64,000 bases of DNA from Calditrichia bacterium (GTDB lineage: Bacteria; Calditrichota; Calditrichia; RBG-13-44-9; J075), in the NCBI GenBank assembly GCA_050633245.1, contig JBOEGD010000004.1:13845-77844 (forward strand), given 5' to 3'. Below are positions 1-9,928 of the stretch, piece after piece. The position numbers and the translations under genes are program-made. How positions within the stretch are numbered: position 1 is the first letter of the stretch; each line of letters opens with the position of its first letter. The notes below the pieces were generated by a model. It made no database searches. It had not been told where the DNA came from and saw nothing but the letters and a program-made list of their open reading frames with translations.

Positions 1-457
1 TATCAGCATGGGGAGAGGCGCTTCACGTACGAAGCGGCTGGAGATTCAATTGTGATGTTAAGTGAATTCTATTCCTTCCTTTATACTCCAAACCTTTTTG
101 CCCTGAAAAAATCAAATATTCAGCTTATGAAAATCGAACGCATTACAATACTTGCTGGATTTAACGCTTTGCATTATTCGTCATCTCTCTAATAAAAATA
201 TAGACTGTATATAATCTGACCCGCTACTCTGCGTTGAGTTGCGAACTAATCCAATTAGCATTACAGACGCCATAGGCGAATTTTACGCTATTAATGCCTG
301 CAAATAATGAGTGGGGGCCGTTCCAGAAAAGGAAGGTCGAGTGTTCATCCCTGACAAAAAATGCATCCCGGGACTCCAAAAAGCATCCTGCATCTTATAT
401 CAATTTTTTAGAATTACTCTTCGTAGAAGCAATATCGGGAAACTGTGTCACAGTATA

Positions 458-473
458 TGGCACGTGTTAAGCT
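458..473 (+). promoter_or_regulatory. possible sigma-54 (-24/-12) promoter
   Basis: TGGCACGTGTTAAGCT has GG-N10-GC spacing and a perfect TGGCACG -24 box. The -12 box is AAGC instead of TTGC. It lies about 120 nt upstream of the 591 ORF. Confidence 0.3.
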
Positions 474-590
474 TTCAGTGACAGAGTTATTAAAAATATT
501 CTTCCCTTCCAATATGAAATTAGATTTTTCTTTGGAGCATTTTGTATTATCTTACCTTTATTCAATTGGTCAATTTCCAGGAGTTCTGCT

Positions 591-1757
591 GTGCATCGTA
601 GCATCTTACATCTTCTACATTTGTGTTTACTGGTTTCGGCCTCGACAGTCTTTGCCCAATCTTCAGAGACGCCTATTCGAATATTCGGCTACTTTCAGAA
701 TCAATTTGAGGCCCAATCTTCTATTGATGCCGAGCCCAAACATTCGAATAACTCGTTTATTCTTCAACAATTGAACTTATTCTTCCAAAAAGACCTTCAC
801 AAGGCGTGGTCGGCTTTTATCAGCGTTGAAATGCTTAATTCCTTTTCTGACTCGCGCAGAACCGGTGCAGTAAATCTGGATGAGGCTTGGGTAAAGTTTC
901 GTTCCAGCAAGCATTTTAACCTCAAGCTGGGTTTGCAAATTCCAATTTTTAATAACTTTAACGAGATTAAGAATAGAACACCGCTACTACCGTATATAAT
1001 ACGCCCGTTGGCTTATGAGACCTCTTTTAATGAAACTATTGACATAGAAGCATTTATTCCCGGGCAGGCCTTTGCTCAGGCTTATGGTTTTAAACCGATT
1101 GGCTCTGCCAAGCTGGACTATGCCTTATATTTAGGAAATTCCCCTAACATCATTCAGAATAACGCCGTTCTGGCAGACCGCTCCGGTGCCGATAGCACCA
1201 CCGCAATTTTAGTTGGCGGTCGATTAGGACTAAGGCTGGGGGAAGTGAAGTTGGGAAGTTCGGTTTCCTATGATCGCGTAAATGATTTTAAGGGATTAGA
1301 GGTTGTGTTTGGCGGTAATGCAGATCGCTTCGAACTGTTGCCACGAGTGCGATTTGGCTTAGACCTTTCTGCTAACTGGAAGAGCTTGGCTTTTGAATCT
1401 GAATTCGTTCAGGTACAGCATGATGACGACCTCGAGGATTTTAGTATCGACAAGCAGTTTCTCTACGCAACGGCAGGCTGTCGCTTTCTGGACGACAGGC
1501 TTTTTGCTTTTCTGAGTTACTGGCAGACGAACGAAGATCAACCATTTATCTTACAACAAAATGGAATTAGCCTTGCAGTTGTTGATATCCAGGCACAGGT
1601 GCCAAATATTGGTTTCTCGTATAACTTGACAGACCTGATTAGACTGAAGGCGCACCATGCGTTTGTAACTGTTGAGGGAAACCCTGTATTCACGGATCTT
1701 TTCCTTAAGCAAAGGTTTAACTATTTCACAGCAGCTGTTTCCGTTATTTTTAAGTAA
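591..1757 (+). CDS. outer-membrane beta-barrel (porin-like) protein
   Basis: Signal peptide (..STVFA/QS), alternating amphipathic strands, 'LDEAWV...LKLGLQIPIF' typical of porin-like barrels, C-terminal AVSVIF(K). GTG start. Confidence 0.7.
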   Translation: MHRSILHLLHLCLLVSASTVFAQSSETPIRIFGYFQNQFEAQSSIDAEPKHSNNSFILQQLNLFFQKDLHKAWSAFISVEMLNSFSDSRRTGAVNLDEAWVKFRSSKHFNLKLGLQIPIFNNFNEIKNRTPLLPYIIRPLAYETSFNETIDIEAFIPGQAFAQAYGFKPIGSAKLDYALYLGNSPNIIQNNAVLADRSGADSTTAILVGGRLGLRLGEVKLGSSVSYDRVNDFKGLEVVFGGNADRFELLPRVRFGLDLSANWKSLAFESEFVQVQHDDDLEDFSIDKQFLYATAGCRFLDDRLFAFLSYWQTNEDQPFILQQNGISLAVVDIQAQVPNIGFSYNLTDLIRLKAHHAFVTVEGNPVFTDLFLKQRFNYFTAAVSVIFK

Positions 1758-1763
1758 AAAACT

Positions 1764-2237
1764 ATGATGAAAACCGATACGAACAGACTAAAATATTTTA
1801 CCGTTTTCTTAGCGCGTCCGATTTTGTCCGCACTATTCTTTCTCTTAGTGCTGTTTGCATACAGTGCGAATGCACAGGTTGCGGTTATTGCCCATCCTTC
1901 CGTTCCCGACGAGGGGCTGGATGAAGGAGTATTGCTAGACTTTTATTCCGGCGATATTCAGGAATGGAGCAATGGCGATAAAATTGTTGTTTACGATTTA
2001 AAAGACCCGAAAAAATTAAAAGATATCTTCTACAAGTTTCTGGGTAAATCTTCGTCGAGAATGAAGTCGATTTGGATGAAAAAAATGTTGGCCGGCGAGA
2101 GCGTTCCACCTGAATCGCTGGATGATGAAGAAAAAATGCTGAAAATGGTTGCCGAGACACCAGGGGCTATTGGATTTATAAGCGCAGAAAAGGTAAAAGA
2201 TACCGTTAAGTTAGTTGCTACTATTGATGGCGGCTAA
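1764..2237 (+). CDS. small periplasmic binding protein-like (PBP2/PstS-like half domain)
   Basis: Signal peptide; 'VAVIAHPS...FYSGDIQEWSNG...VAETPGAIGFI' resembles the short PstS-like proteins found behind porin-like genes. 6-nt gap to the upstream gene. Confidence 0.7.
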   Translation: MMKTDTNRLKYFTVFLARPILSALFFLLVLFAYSANAQVAVIAHPSVPDEGLDEGVLLDFYSGDIQEWSNGDKIVVYDLKDPKKLKDIFYKFLGKSSSRMKSIWMKKMLAGESVPPESLDDEEKMLKMVAETPGAIGFISAEKVKDTVKLVATIDGG

Positions 2238-2283
2238 TAAGTTTTCTCTGTAACCGCGGAACAAGTAGATCGTAAACCCCACC

Positions 2284-3978
2284 ATGAACTTAAAAGACTT
2301 TAACCTTGCCAGTAAACAGATGATCGGCTTTGGAGCTATCCTGCTGATTATGACGATAATGAACGGCGTGACCCTTAATCGCTTTCGAATGGTTAAAGAA
2401 GACCTGCGCTCAATTAGTACAGACTGGATGCAGCGGGTAGTGGCAGTTTCCGACATTAATTTGGCGATGGCTGACCTGCGAAACAATCAGCTTCAGTGGG
2501 CCTATGCCGGCAACGAGGAAGAAAAAAAGCAGATTGCCAATGTGATGATAACGTTGATCGACAGTATTAACGTTAATTTGGACATCTATAATGAACTAAA
2601 AAATACCGGTGAACTCGATAACGAGTTTGCCGCTCGCGAAACCACAATTTATAATGGGTTCGATGAAGGTTGGGATCAGTATCAGACTGCCAGCCTCAGC
2701 TTCTTCCAACTTATAAATAGCAATGAGAATAACCGAGCTGTCGAGCTTCTCAAAACCGAAGCCCAGAAAGCATACGCATCGGTGTCTGTTAGTCTGGCAA
2801 GCCTCGAAGAGATTAACAGACAGCAGACGCTTCTAGCCTCGGAGCGCGCCGAGAACTCGTTCAACCGTACTCGCACCGGAACCATCATTCTCCTAATCTT
2901 TACGATTATTACATCACTGGGACTTTCCGGTGGACTGATTCGCTGGGTGACGGTGCCTCTGCAAAAACTGGATCTTGCTGCGCAGGATATTGCCCGCGGA
3001 AATCTGGATGTACATTTAAAAATTCCCAGCAAAGATGAAATTGGTAGTTTATCTGTCTCCTTCAACAAAATGGCACAGTCGCTGAGAAATACAACTGAAA
3101 AACTGGAACAGAAAAACCTCGATCTGGAAAAAACGTCTGCGTCTCTTGCCAAGCAGAAAGCTGAAATCGAAAGTAAAAACACCGAATTGGAAGATGCGCT
3201 TCTACAGCTGAATAAAACTCAACAGCAGTTACTAATGAAGGAAAAGATGGCCTCTCTTGGTGACCTTGTCGCTGGCGTAGCACATGAAATTAATACGCCG
3301 GTCGGCAGTGTAACCAGCGCAGCAGATGTGTTGATTCGCTGTCTCAACAAGATCGAGAAAGAACTGGAAGCCAATCCGGATGCCGCTGCCAACGCAAAGC
3401 TGAATAACCTGTTGAGCATGCTCCGCGACAATATTCACGTTACCACTTCTGCAAGTGAACGTATAACCAATATTGTAAAAAGCCTGAAAAACTTTGCCCG
3501 CCTGGATGAAGCGGCATACCAGGATGTAGACTTACACGAAGGTCTTGAAAGTAGCTTAACACTTTTGGGAAGCGATATGCTTAAGGGCATCGAGCTAAAT
3601 AGGCAGTATGGAGGAATCCCAAAATACTATTGCAATCCCGGACAGTTAAATCAGGCCTTTATGAACTTGCTGCGTAATGCCTGTGAAGCTGTTGAAAAGC
3701 AGCAGGGAACCATAACAATCAGCACCAACCTTTTGCCATCAGACAATGGTGAACCCGCTACCATCTGCATTAAGATTGCCGATAATGGCAGAGGCATTGA
3801 AAAAGAAAGACAAAATCGCCTTTTCGATTTTAACTTTTCCGCAGGACAGGGGAGAATGAAAATGGGCTCTGGCCTGGTAAGTGCCAACAGCATCGTTCAG
3901 GAACACAATGGCGAAATTAAGGTCGAGTCGATGCTGGGTAAGGGAACAACGATGTCTATTCTGTTGCCGATTCGCTAA
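2284..3978 (+). CDS. sensor histidine kinase (4-helix-bundle MCP-type sensor, HAMP, HisKA, HATPase)
   Basis: Two TM helices flank a periplasmic helical domain. HAMP (PL..L...A..IARGNL...DEIGSL..SFNKM), H-box EKMASLGDLVAGVAHEINTP, N-box NLLRNA, G1 DNGRG; G2 box is atypical. Confidence 0.92.
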   Translation: MNLKDFNLASKQMIGFGAILLIMTIMNGVTLNRFRMVKEDLRSISTDWMQRVVAVSDINLAMADLRNNQLQWAYAGNEEEKKQIANVMITLIDSINVNLDIYNELKNTGELDNEFAARETTIYNGFDEGWDQYQTASLSFFQLINSNENNRAVELLKTEAQKAYASVSVSLASLEEINRQQTLLASERAENSFNRTRTGTIILLIFTIITSLGLSGGLIRWVTVPLQKLDLAAQDIARGNLDVHLKIPSKDEIGSLSVSFNKMAQSLRNTTEKLEQKNLDLEKTSASLAKQKAEIESKNTELEDALLQLNKTQQQLLMKEKMASLGDLVAGVAHEINTPVGSVTSAADVLIRCLNKIEKELEANPDAAANAKLNNLLSMLRDNIHVTTSASERITNIVKSLKNFARLDEAAYQDVDLHEGLESSLTLLGSDMLKGIELNRQYGGIPKYYCNPGQLNQAFMNLLRNACEAVEKQQGTITISTNLLPSDNGEPATICIKIADNGRGIEKERQNRLFDFNFSAGQGRMKMGSGLVSANSIVQEHNGEIKVESMLGKGTTMSILLPIR

Positions 3979-4240
3979 GTCTGTTTTGTAGAGACCGGAT
4001 TAGAAAAACCGAACCGAAAAATGTAATCATGGACATCCGCTGATTGTATAATCTCGGTATTGTTGTCCTGTTTGGAAGCAGGGTTATGTCGTTTTCCATA
4101 AGCCTTTTCAACATCGAAACACGGTTTAGATATGATGATTCTTGATGGATCCAATCTATCTGCCTGACGTTTTAAGTGCAGGGGAAAGCTCGATACGTGT
4201 GTGGAGAACACGTTAAAATGGGAATTAAGCGGAGTCGTTG

Positions 4241-6484
4241 ATGAAATACTTTTACCTGGCAAGTCTACTGCTACTCTACACCAGCCTATTTGCACAGGAA
4301 CTATTCGTTCAGGATGAACCCTACGCCATATCTGCTACCGATCGATTGACCGATTTTGATGCCACCAGTTATTTGAAAGATTTGCGTACGACCGATCCGG
4401 CGAAATACCAACGTTTGCTGGATCAGGAAAACGATCGCCGTGTATTCAATGCCGCGCACAAGACGCAGCAATTCTTTTGGGCATTAAACCTGGAAGATTT
4501 GAGCGATCCGATCTTTTATCAAATTACCGCTACGCTACGCTCAAGTTCGATGAATGACAGCCTGCGAATTTGGGTCGATGATGAGAGTTGGAACGCTGGT
4601 TATGTTGATGCTTCCACTTTATCTGCTTTAACAACCGGCTTATTAACGGCAACTCCACAGGGAAGCATTGATTCTTCCAGTGGTATTCTTAAAATAACGG
4701 AACAAGTTTTCGGCGTGCGTCCCAATAAGGGTGGGGACGGCTTTTTGAATATTCTGATTCTTGATATCCAGGATACCTTCGATCCTGAGAGCGCCAACCG
4801 CGCATTTGTAGGGGGATACTTCTTTCCTTTCGATCAGTCAGATTTTGATATGAGTAATCAGCAAGACCTACTCTATCTGGATTCATTTCCCGGAATCTTT
4901 TCGCCAATCACTCAGGAGTTGAGAACAGAATCGGTTCTTGCGACAACCGCTCATGAGGTTCAGCATCTGATTCACTTTACCTATGATTCAGATGAGAATA
5001 CCTGGCTGAATGAATCAATGTCTGAGCTGGCTTCCTTTCTGTGTGGCTATAGCCCTGGTAGTCCCGCTCTTTATCTTGCAGAACCGGGGCGCAGTTTAAT
5101 CTCCTGGAATAATGAGGTTTGGGACTACAGCCGAGTAGGCCTTTGGGGCGTCTATCTGTATGAGCAATTCGGCCTCGAATTTATTACTGCTGTAACCCAG
5201 GATGCCCGATCGAGCTTAATCTCTCTGGAAAACTTATTGGCAAGCAGAAGCTCTGGTTTTGAAACCACGTTCAGGAATTTTGCGATAGCGAACATTCTAA
5301 ATGATGCAGCATCGGATAGTCGCTTTGGATATCAGGACAATGCATATTCAGGGTTGAGGGCAACTACCAATGATGTCGTTTCATCATTTCCGGCCCTACT
5401 GTCGACAAACTATGACGATTACGGAGTAGCTTATTATCGGATGCAGGGAAGTGATCTATTTACTCTTTCCCTCTCCCAGTCGATTGACATAGGCTACTTA
5501 ATAAGAAATACCGGCAGCGGCGTCGAGTTAATACCAATCAATGGAGATACCCTCTCATATTCTCAATTCAACAGCGACGATGAGTTTTATGTTATGTTGT
5601 CTGGCAGCACGGCGAGGAATCTGAATATTTGCGCCTATGCTTCCCGCTCATTTGATGGCAGGGAAGACGTATACGATTCCGGACAAATTGATTTGCGCAT
5701 CAACGGCGCTGTCCAGATCGCAAATCGATTTGTATTACCGGCAGGTGGGTTCGATCTTCGTGAGATCGAATTTCAAAATACAACCTCCGGTCAGTTTACC
5801 ATTCGATTTCAGCGCGATAGCAACGGAGTTCCCGGTGGTGTAATCGCCTCTATAATTGATACTTCTTTGCAGAGTGGGCAGTCTGTCATAAGAATTCAAC
5901 CACCGGCATCCGTTGTCAATTCACTTATTCCGGGGCAGCCATTTTATGTGAGCATCAACGCGAACGCTGCAGACTTTGCTTATGCTTATAGTGATGGTGA
6001 TTTAAGTAATGGCAACAGTTTTATTTACCGAAATCCTGCTGAAGGTTGGCAAAACCTCTCCAACTTTCAAATAGACGGAGAGCGATTGCAGGGAAATTGG
6101 ATGATCCGAGCGTTTTATGATGGTGAGTTAATTGCATCAGGAAACCCAACTTGCGCTGCGGAATCATTCTCCGGTGAATTGAGGCTGACCAATGTGTTTC
6201 CAAACCCAACGGCGAGTGGCATTACCGTAAGCACCGAATTTAGCGGTGCCGGCACGCTTCGCCTGACGCTTTACAATATGCTGGGACAGGAAGTCAGCAA
6301 TTTTCAGCAGATATATAATGGTGTTGGCAAAATTCTTTCGGTTTCATGGCCAAATGCTGCTAAAAAAACCGTTGATGAATCATTCGCTCCGGGTATCTAT
6401 TTTATTCGTGGAGAGTTTACGGACGCTGAAACAGGTAAGACGACTTATTCCAACACACAAAAAATAATAATTCTAAAGAATTAG
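4241..6484 (+). CDS. secreted zinc metallopeptidase (M30/hyicolysin-like) with T9SS-like C-terminal domain
   Basis: Signal peptide; AHEVQHLIH followed by E..WLNESMSE; C-terminal VFPNP...YNMLGQEV...GIYFIR...KIIILK. Confidence 0.75.
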   Translation: MKYFYLASLLLLYTSLFAQELFVQDEPYAISATDRLTDFDATSYLKDLRTTDPAKYQRLLDQENDRRVFNAAHKTQQFFWALNLEDLSDPIFYQITATLRSSSMNDSLRIWVDDESWNAGYVDASTLSALTTGLLTATPQGSIDSSSGILKITEQVFGVRPNKGGDGFLNILILDIQDTFDPESANRAFVGGYFFPFDQSDFDMSNQQDLLYLDSFPGIFSPITQELRTESVLATTAHEVQHLIHFTYDSDENTWLNESMSELASFLCGYSPGSPALYLAEPGRSLISWNNEVWDYSRVGLWGVYLYEQFGLEFITAVTQDARSSLISLENLLASRSSGFETTFRNFAIANILNDAASDSRFGYQDNAYSGLRATTNDVVSSFPALLSTNYDDYGVAYYRMQGSDLFTLSLSQSIDIGYLIRNTGSGVELIPINGDTLSYSQFNSDDEFYVMLSGSTARNLNICAYASRSFDGREDVYDSGQIDLRINGAVQIANRFVLPAGGFDLREIEFQNTTSGQFTIRFQRDSNGVPGGVIASIIDTSLQSGQSVIRIQPPASVVNSLIPGQPFYVSINANAADFAYAYSDGDLSNGNSFIYRNPAEGWQNLSNFQIDGERLQGNWMIRAFYDGELIASGNPTCAAESFSGELRLTNVFPNPTASGITVSTEFSGAGTLRLTLYNMLGQEVSNFQQIYNGVGKILSVSWPNAAKKTVDESFAPGIYFIRGEFTDAETGKTTYSNTQKIIILKN

Positions 6485-6527
6485 AACGGAATCCGAACGC
6501 GATTCAAATCCAAGAAGGAAGAAACAG

Positions 6528-7139
6528 ATGCAGTTCCCGCAGAAATTTTATCGTTGGCGTCCACACCCATGGCACGGATTGTCGGTGGGCGAAAACGCAC
6601 CAGAAATTGTAACATCGTATATTGAAATTACCCCATTTGACTATGTTAAATATGAAGTAGATAAAGCTACCGGTTATATGATGGTCGATCGCCCACAACG
6701 CAGTTCTTCACAGCCCCCGGCGCTGTATGGATTTATTCCCAAAACCTATTGTGGTGATCGAATCCAGGCACTTTCACCGAGTTCGGAAAAAGGTGACGGC
6801 GACCCATTGGATATTTGTGTCTTAAGCGAACGTCCGATTAACCGGGTAGAGATTCTGCTTAATGCGCGGGTAGTTGGTGGTTTGCAGATGGTTGACAATG
6901 GCGAGGCAGATGATAAGATTATTGCTGTTTTGCAGAATGATAATATTTATCGCAGTGCCAAAGATATTACAGACTTACCCGAGGTTTTGATAGAACGTTT
7001 ACGCCATTATTTCAGTACATATAAACTGATCCCGGGTAAAAAAGAAACCACGCGGATAGAACAGATCTATGGTGCTGATCATGCCCATGAGGTTATCCGC
7101 GCGGCAATGAAAGACTATGATGATGAATACGGTGGCTAA
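6528..7139 (+). CDS. ppa: family I soluble inorganic pyrophosphatase
   Basis: HPWHG, KYEVDK, YGFIPKT, DGDPLD, DDKIIAV and YK motifs. Confidence 0.95.
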   Translation: MQFPQKFYRWRPHPWHGLSVGENAPEIVTSYIEITPFDYVKYEVDKATGYMMVDRPQRSSSQPPALYGFIPKTYCGDRIQALSPSSEKGDGDPLDICVLSERPINRVEILLNARVVGGLQMVDNGEADDKIIAVLQNDNIYRSAKDITDLPEVLIERLRHYFSTYKLIPGKKETTRIEQIYGADHAHEVIRAAMKDYDDEYGG

Positions 7140-7146
7140 TTGAACA

Positions 7147-7181
7147 CTCTGCTGCTCGTAATAAGGGCAGCAGAGGTTTTT
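7147..7181 (+). terminator. intrinsic terminator between convergent ppa and DUF6249-like gene
   Basis: ctctgctgctc-N7-gggcagcagag stem followed by a T run. Confidence 0.65.
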
Positions 7182-7186
7182 CCAGC

Positions 7187-7528
7187 CTACTCGGCCTTTT
7201 TTTCCAACCGCCCAACAAGAAAATGATAAATTAGCAAACCAGTGCCTGCAAAAGTCGCAACAAGGCCGGTTAAACCAGGTTCATCAAGCTCATGTCTGAA
7301 TTCATTTCCGATCAGAAATGCCAGACCAACACTTACCAAAACCATGCCCCACTTTAAGGCATTCGCTGAGTCGTTAACCTTACTTCTTGCGGTAAATAAT
7401 TCCAAATTTCCTTCTGCATCGCCGCGTTCGATCATAATACGCTTTAAACGATTATCGGATACAACCCGAACAATGGTAACAAGGGCGTAGAACATAACCG
7501 GAACAATTACAATCTCTGATGAAAACAT
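7187..7528 (-). CDS. DUF6249-like small membrane protein
   Basis: Three hydrophobic segments; 'NRLKRIMIERG' and 'ALKWGMVLVSVGLAFLIG' match the family pattern; AGGAG RBS. Confidence 0.75.
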   Translation of the reverse strand: MFSSEIVIVPVMFYALVTIVRVVSDNRLKRIMIERGDAEGNLELFTARSKVNDSANALKWGMVLVSVGLAFLIGNEFRHELDEPGLTGLVATFAGTGLLIYHFLVGRLEKKAE

Positions 7529-7573
7529 AATTAATTCTCCTGAATGTGTGTTTTTTGACTCGCATTACCCACT

Positions 7574-7600
7574 AGACAGACGACATTGTAAAAGGTTGCA
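7574..7600 (-). promoter_or_regulatory. ECF sigma promoter TGCAACC-N16-GTCT upstream of the DUF6249-like gene
   Basis: The minus strand reads TGCAACCttttacaatgtcgtctGTCT, with the same boxes and spacing as the motif at 8751-8777. Confidence 0.7.
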
Positions 7601-7747
7601 CAATTTTTTCTCATTCGTATCCTGTCTTGAACGGCATATGGTTTCATCTTATATTAGAAATAACTAATTCTTTAAATCACTGCATATTTTTGGACGATGT
7701 TTGTTCCGATACTACAATCTAGTGTAGATCGAAAAGACGAGGATATT

Positions 7748-8749
7748 ATGGCGCAGAACCAACCGATACGGATTCTGTACATGGAAGACGATCATGGACT
7801 TGCACTTTTGTTTCGAAAGAAGCTCGAGCCTTTGGGCTATGATATCGAAATTGCACAAAACGGTAGCGATGGTATTAAACTGGCAAAGAAGAATACCTAT
7901 GATATAATGGTTGTCGATTTTAACATGCCCGGCTACAATGGGCTTGAGGTTATCCAAATGCTTTCGGCCGATGGTCTTTTACTACCGACTATCATGCTAA
8001 CCGCTGCAGGCAGCGAGGAAGTTGCCGTTGAGGCATTAAAATGGGGGGCAACAGATTATGTTGCCAAGGGGCCTGGCTATTTGGAAAGACTTCCCGTTGT
8101 TATTAAGCAAACCCTGTTGCATACCAGCATGCTGCAGGAAAAGCTTGCTGCCGAGGAGGCGCTCTTCGAAAGTGAGGCAACTAACCGAGCTTTGGTAACG
8201 GCAATGCCCGACTTTATCATGCAAATAAGCAAAGATGGAAAAGTGCTGAGCGCGAATGAGGCAACGGAAGGCATTTTTCACTTTCCTGAATTGCTTGAAG
8301 GAAAGTCTTTAATAGATATTTATCCAAAGGAGCAGGTTGAAACCCTCTTTAGTATTATTCAGCAGACGATTCGTACAGGCATTGCACAAAACCACGAGTT
8401 CAGCATTGAGGTAAAAAACGAAACCTTCTATTACGAGAACAGAATTGCCCCCTGTGGGGAAGAGAAGGTGCTCTCTGTCGTGCGAGATATTACTGCCCGG
8501 GTTAGAGCGGCACAGGAAAAAGAATGGCTATTGCAGGAGTTTCAGGATGCTCTGGCCAGAATCAAAACCCTGAATGGGCTTATTCCGATATGCGCAACAT
8601 GCAAAAAAGTTCGCGATGATAAAGGATATTGGAATCGTATTGAAGAATATATTACAACGCACTCTGAAGCTGAATTTAGTCATGGCGTTTGTCCGGGATG
8701 TATGGAAGAGCTATACTCTGAACACATGACCAAGAATAAAAAGTCCTGA
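7748..8749 (+). CDS. response regulator: REC + PAS + C-terminal Cys/His-rich domain
   Basis: REC (MEDD...VVDFNMPG...TAAG...K), PAS ending SVVRDIT, tail PICATCKK..DDKGYW...FSHGVCPGC. Start moved to ATG 7748, which has a GAGG RBS. Confidence 0.88.
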   Translation: MAQNQPIRILYMEDDHGLALLFRKKLEPLGYDIEIAQNGSDGIKLAKKNTYDIMVVDFNMPGYNGLEVIQMLSADGLLLPTIMLTAAGSEEVAVEALKWGATDYVAKGPGYLERLPVVIKQTLLHTSMLQEKLAAEEALFESEATNRALVTAMPDFIMQISKDGKVLSANEATEGIFHFPELLEGKSLIDIYPKEQVETLFSIIQQTIRTGIAQNHEFSIEVKNETFYYENRIAPCGEEKVLSVVRDITARVRAAQEKEWLLQEFQDALARIKTLNGLIPICATCKKVRDDKGYWNRIEEYITTHSEAEFSHGVCPGCMEELYSEHMTKNKKS

Positions 8750-8750
8750 G

Positions 8751-8777
8751 TGCAACCTTTCGACTTTTCACCGGTCT
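8751..8777 (+). promoter_or_regulatory. ECF sigma autoregulatory promoter TGCAACC-N16-GTCT
   Basis: TGCAACCtttcgacttttcaccgGTCT lies about 35 nt before the sigma ATG and has the AAC / GTC boxes typical of ECF promoters. Confidence 0.7.
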
Positions 8778-8810
8778 TGTTAATAAACAGCAGATGGATT
8801 GCAGAGGCCG

Positions 8811-9404
8811 ATGGACGCGGAAAAACAACTTGTACAGTCAATTCTTGATGGAAACAGGCATGCTTTTAGAGAGCTGATTAGCTCCTATGAGCGTTTGGTT
8901 GCTCATATGGTATATCGTATGGTTACCAATCAGAATGATCGTGAGGATATTTGCCAGGATGTTTTTGTTAAGGTCTATCAAAACCTCTCGAAATTTCAAT
9001 TTAAATCGAAACTCTCTACGTGGATTGCCAGGATTGCTTATAATACCACGCTGAACTATTTGGAGAAAAAGCGCGTTGCTCTTTACGATGATCTTGGTGC
9101 GCGAGACAAAACGATTTCAAGCGGTGGACAGTTCGAATCCTATGATCAGCACTATGCCTCGGCTGAACTCTCTCCGGAAGAAACGCTGCTTGAAACCGAA
9201 GTATCTCTGCAGCTTCATGCGCAGATAGAACGTTTACCTATTTTATTCAGAACGGTTCTAACGCTGTTCCACTTGGATCAGCTTGGATATAGAGACATCT
9301 CGGAAATAATGAATTTACCGGAAGGCACGGTAAAAAGTTATCTTTTTCGTGCCAGAAAGCGGTTGAAGGAGCTGCTGCTCGAAGAGCAGGGCGCTAAAAT
9401 ATAA
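8811..9404 (+). CDS. ECF RNA polymerase sigma factor (SigW/RpoE-like)
   Basis: Region 2 EDICQDVFVKVY...SKLSTWIARIAYN; region 4 YRDISEIMNLPEGTVKSYLFRAR. ATG 8811 preferred over TTG 8799. Confidence 0.93.
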   Translation: MDAEKQLVQSILDGNRHAFRELISSYERLVAHMVYRMVTNQNDREDICQDVFVKVYQNLSKFQFKSKLSTWIARIAYNTTLNYLEKKRVALYDDLGARDKTISSGGQFESYDQHYASAELSPEETLLETEVSLQLHAQIERLPILFRTVLTLFHLDQLGYRDISEIMNLPEGTVKSYLFRARKRLKELLLEEQGAKI

Positions 9405-9436
9405 CAGCATGTTTGCAGCATACGGAGACACAAAAC

Positions 9437-9913
9437 ATGACAAACTACAGCGATAAAGACATTCAAGCCTACCTTGATGGTAGTAGCGAGATTGATCGAA
9501 AAGCCTTTGAAATAGCTCTTTCTGAAGATAGTTTGCTGAAGAAGCGCTATGAGAACTATTCGTTGTTATACGGACAGTTGGCCGACGACAAAGGATTTAT
9601 GCTTTCTGCCAGCTTTGCTGATAATGTTATGACCCAGATTTCCGGCAGCGATTCGACCGACTTTGAAGTCAGTGATACGACGCTGATAATTCTTGCAACA
9701 TTGGTAAGTTTCGGTACTCTCATCTATTTGTTTTTTCCTGAGATCTCGAACAGCACACTCTTAGCAGATTCTTTTGGGAATTTAACAAGCGGGTTTTCCA
9801 AACTACCGTCTTCTACCGGATTGTCTTTCAATCTGATTTTTATTACATTTCTCGTTTTAGCGGGTGTCGCGGCGATGGATAAACTTATTGTGGAGTGGCG
9901 CAGCAAGTTTTAG
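9437..9913 (+). CDS. putative transmembrane anti-sigma factor
   Basis: Directly behind the ECF sigma gene. N-terminal 'IQAYLDG', 'SFADNVM' motif, two C-terminal TM helices. Confidence 0.7.
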   Translation: MTNYSDKDIQAYLDGSSEIDRKAFEIALSEDSLLKKRYENYSLLYGQLADDKGFMLSASFADNVMTQISGSDSTDFEVSDTTLIILATLVSFGTLIYLFFPEISNSTLLADSFGNLTSGFSKLPSSTGLSFNLIFITFLVLAGVAAMDKLIVEWRSKF

Positions 9914-9928
9914 TGGTTTGTTCCAATC

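Noticed and set aside
1-192. Open frame +1 ending at TAA 192, possibly the 3' end of an upstream gene
   Set aside because: No recognisable motif and the start lies outside the window, so I cannot support a call.
445-774. 109-aa ORF overlapping the barrel gene start
   Set aside because: It is out of frame with a well-formed signal-peptide gene, spans the likely promoter and has no motifs.
3975-4295. 106-aa minus-strand ORF
   Set aside because: It overlaps the start of the peptidase gene and has no RBS or motif; probably a shadow ORF.
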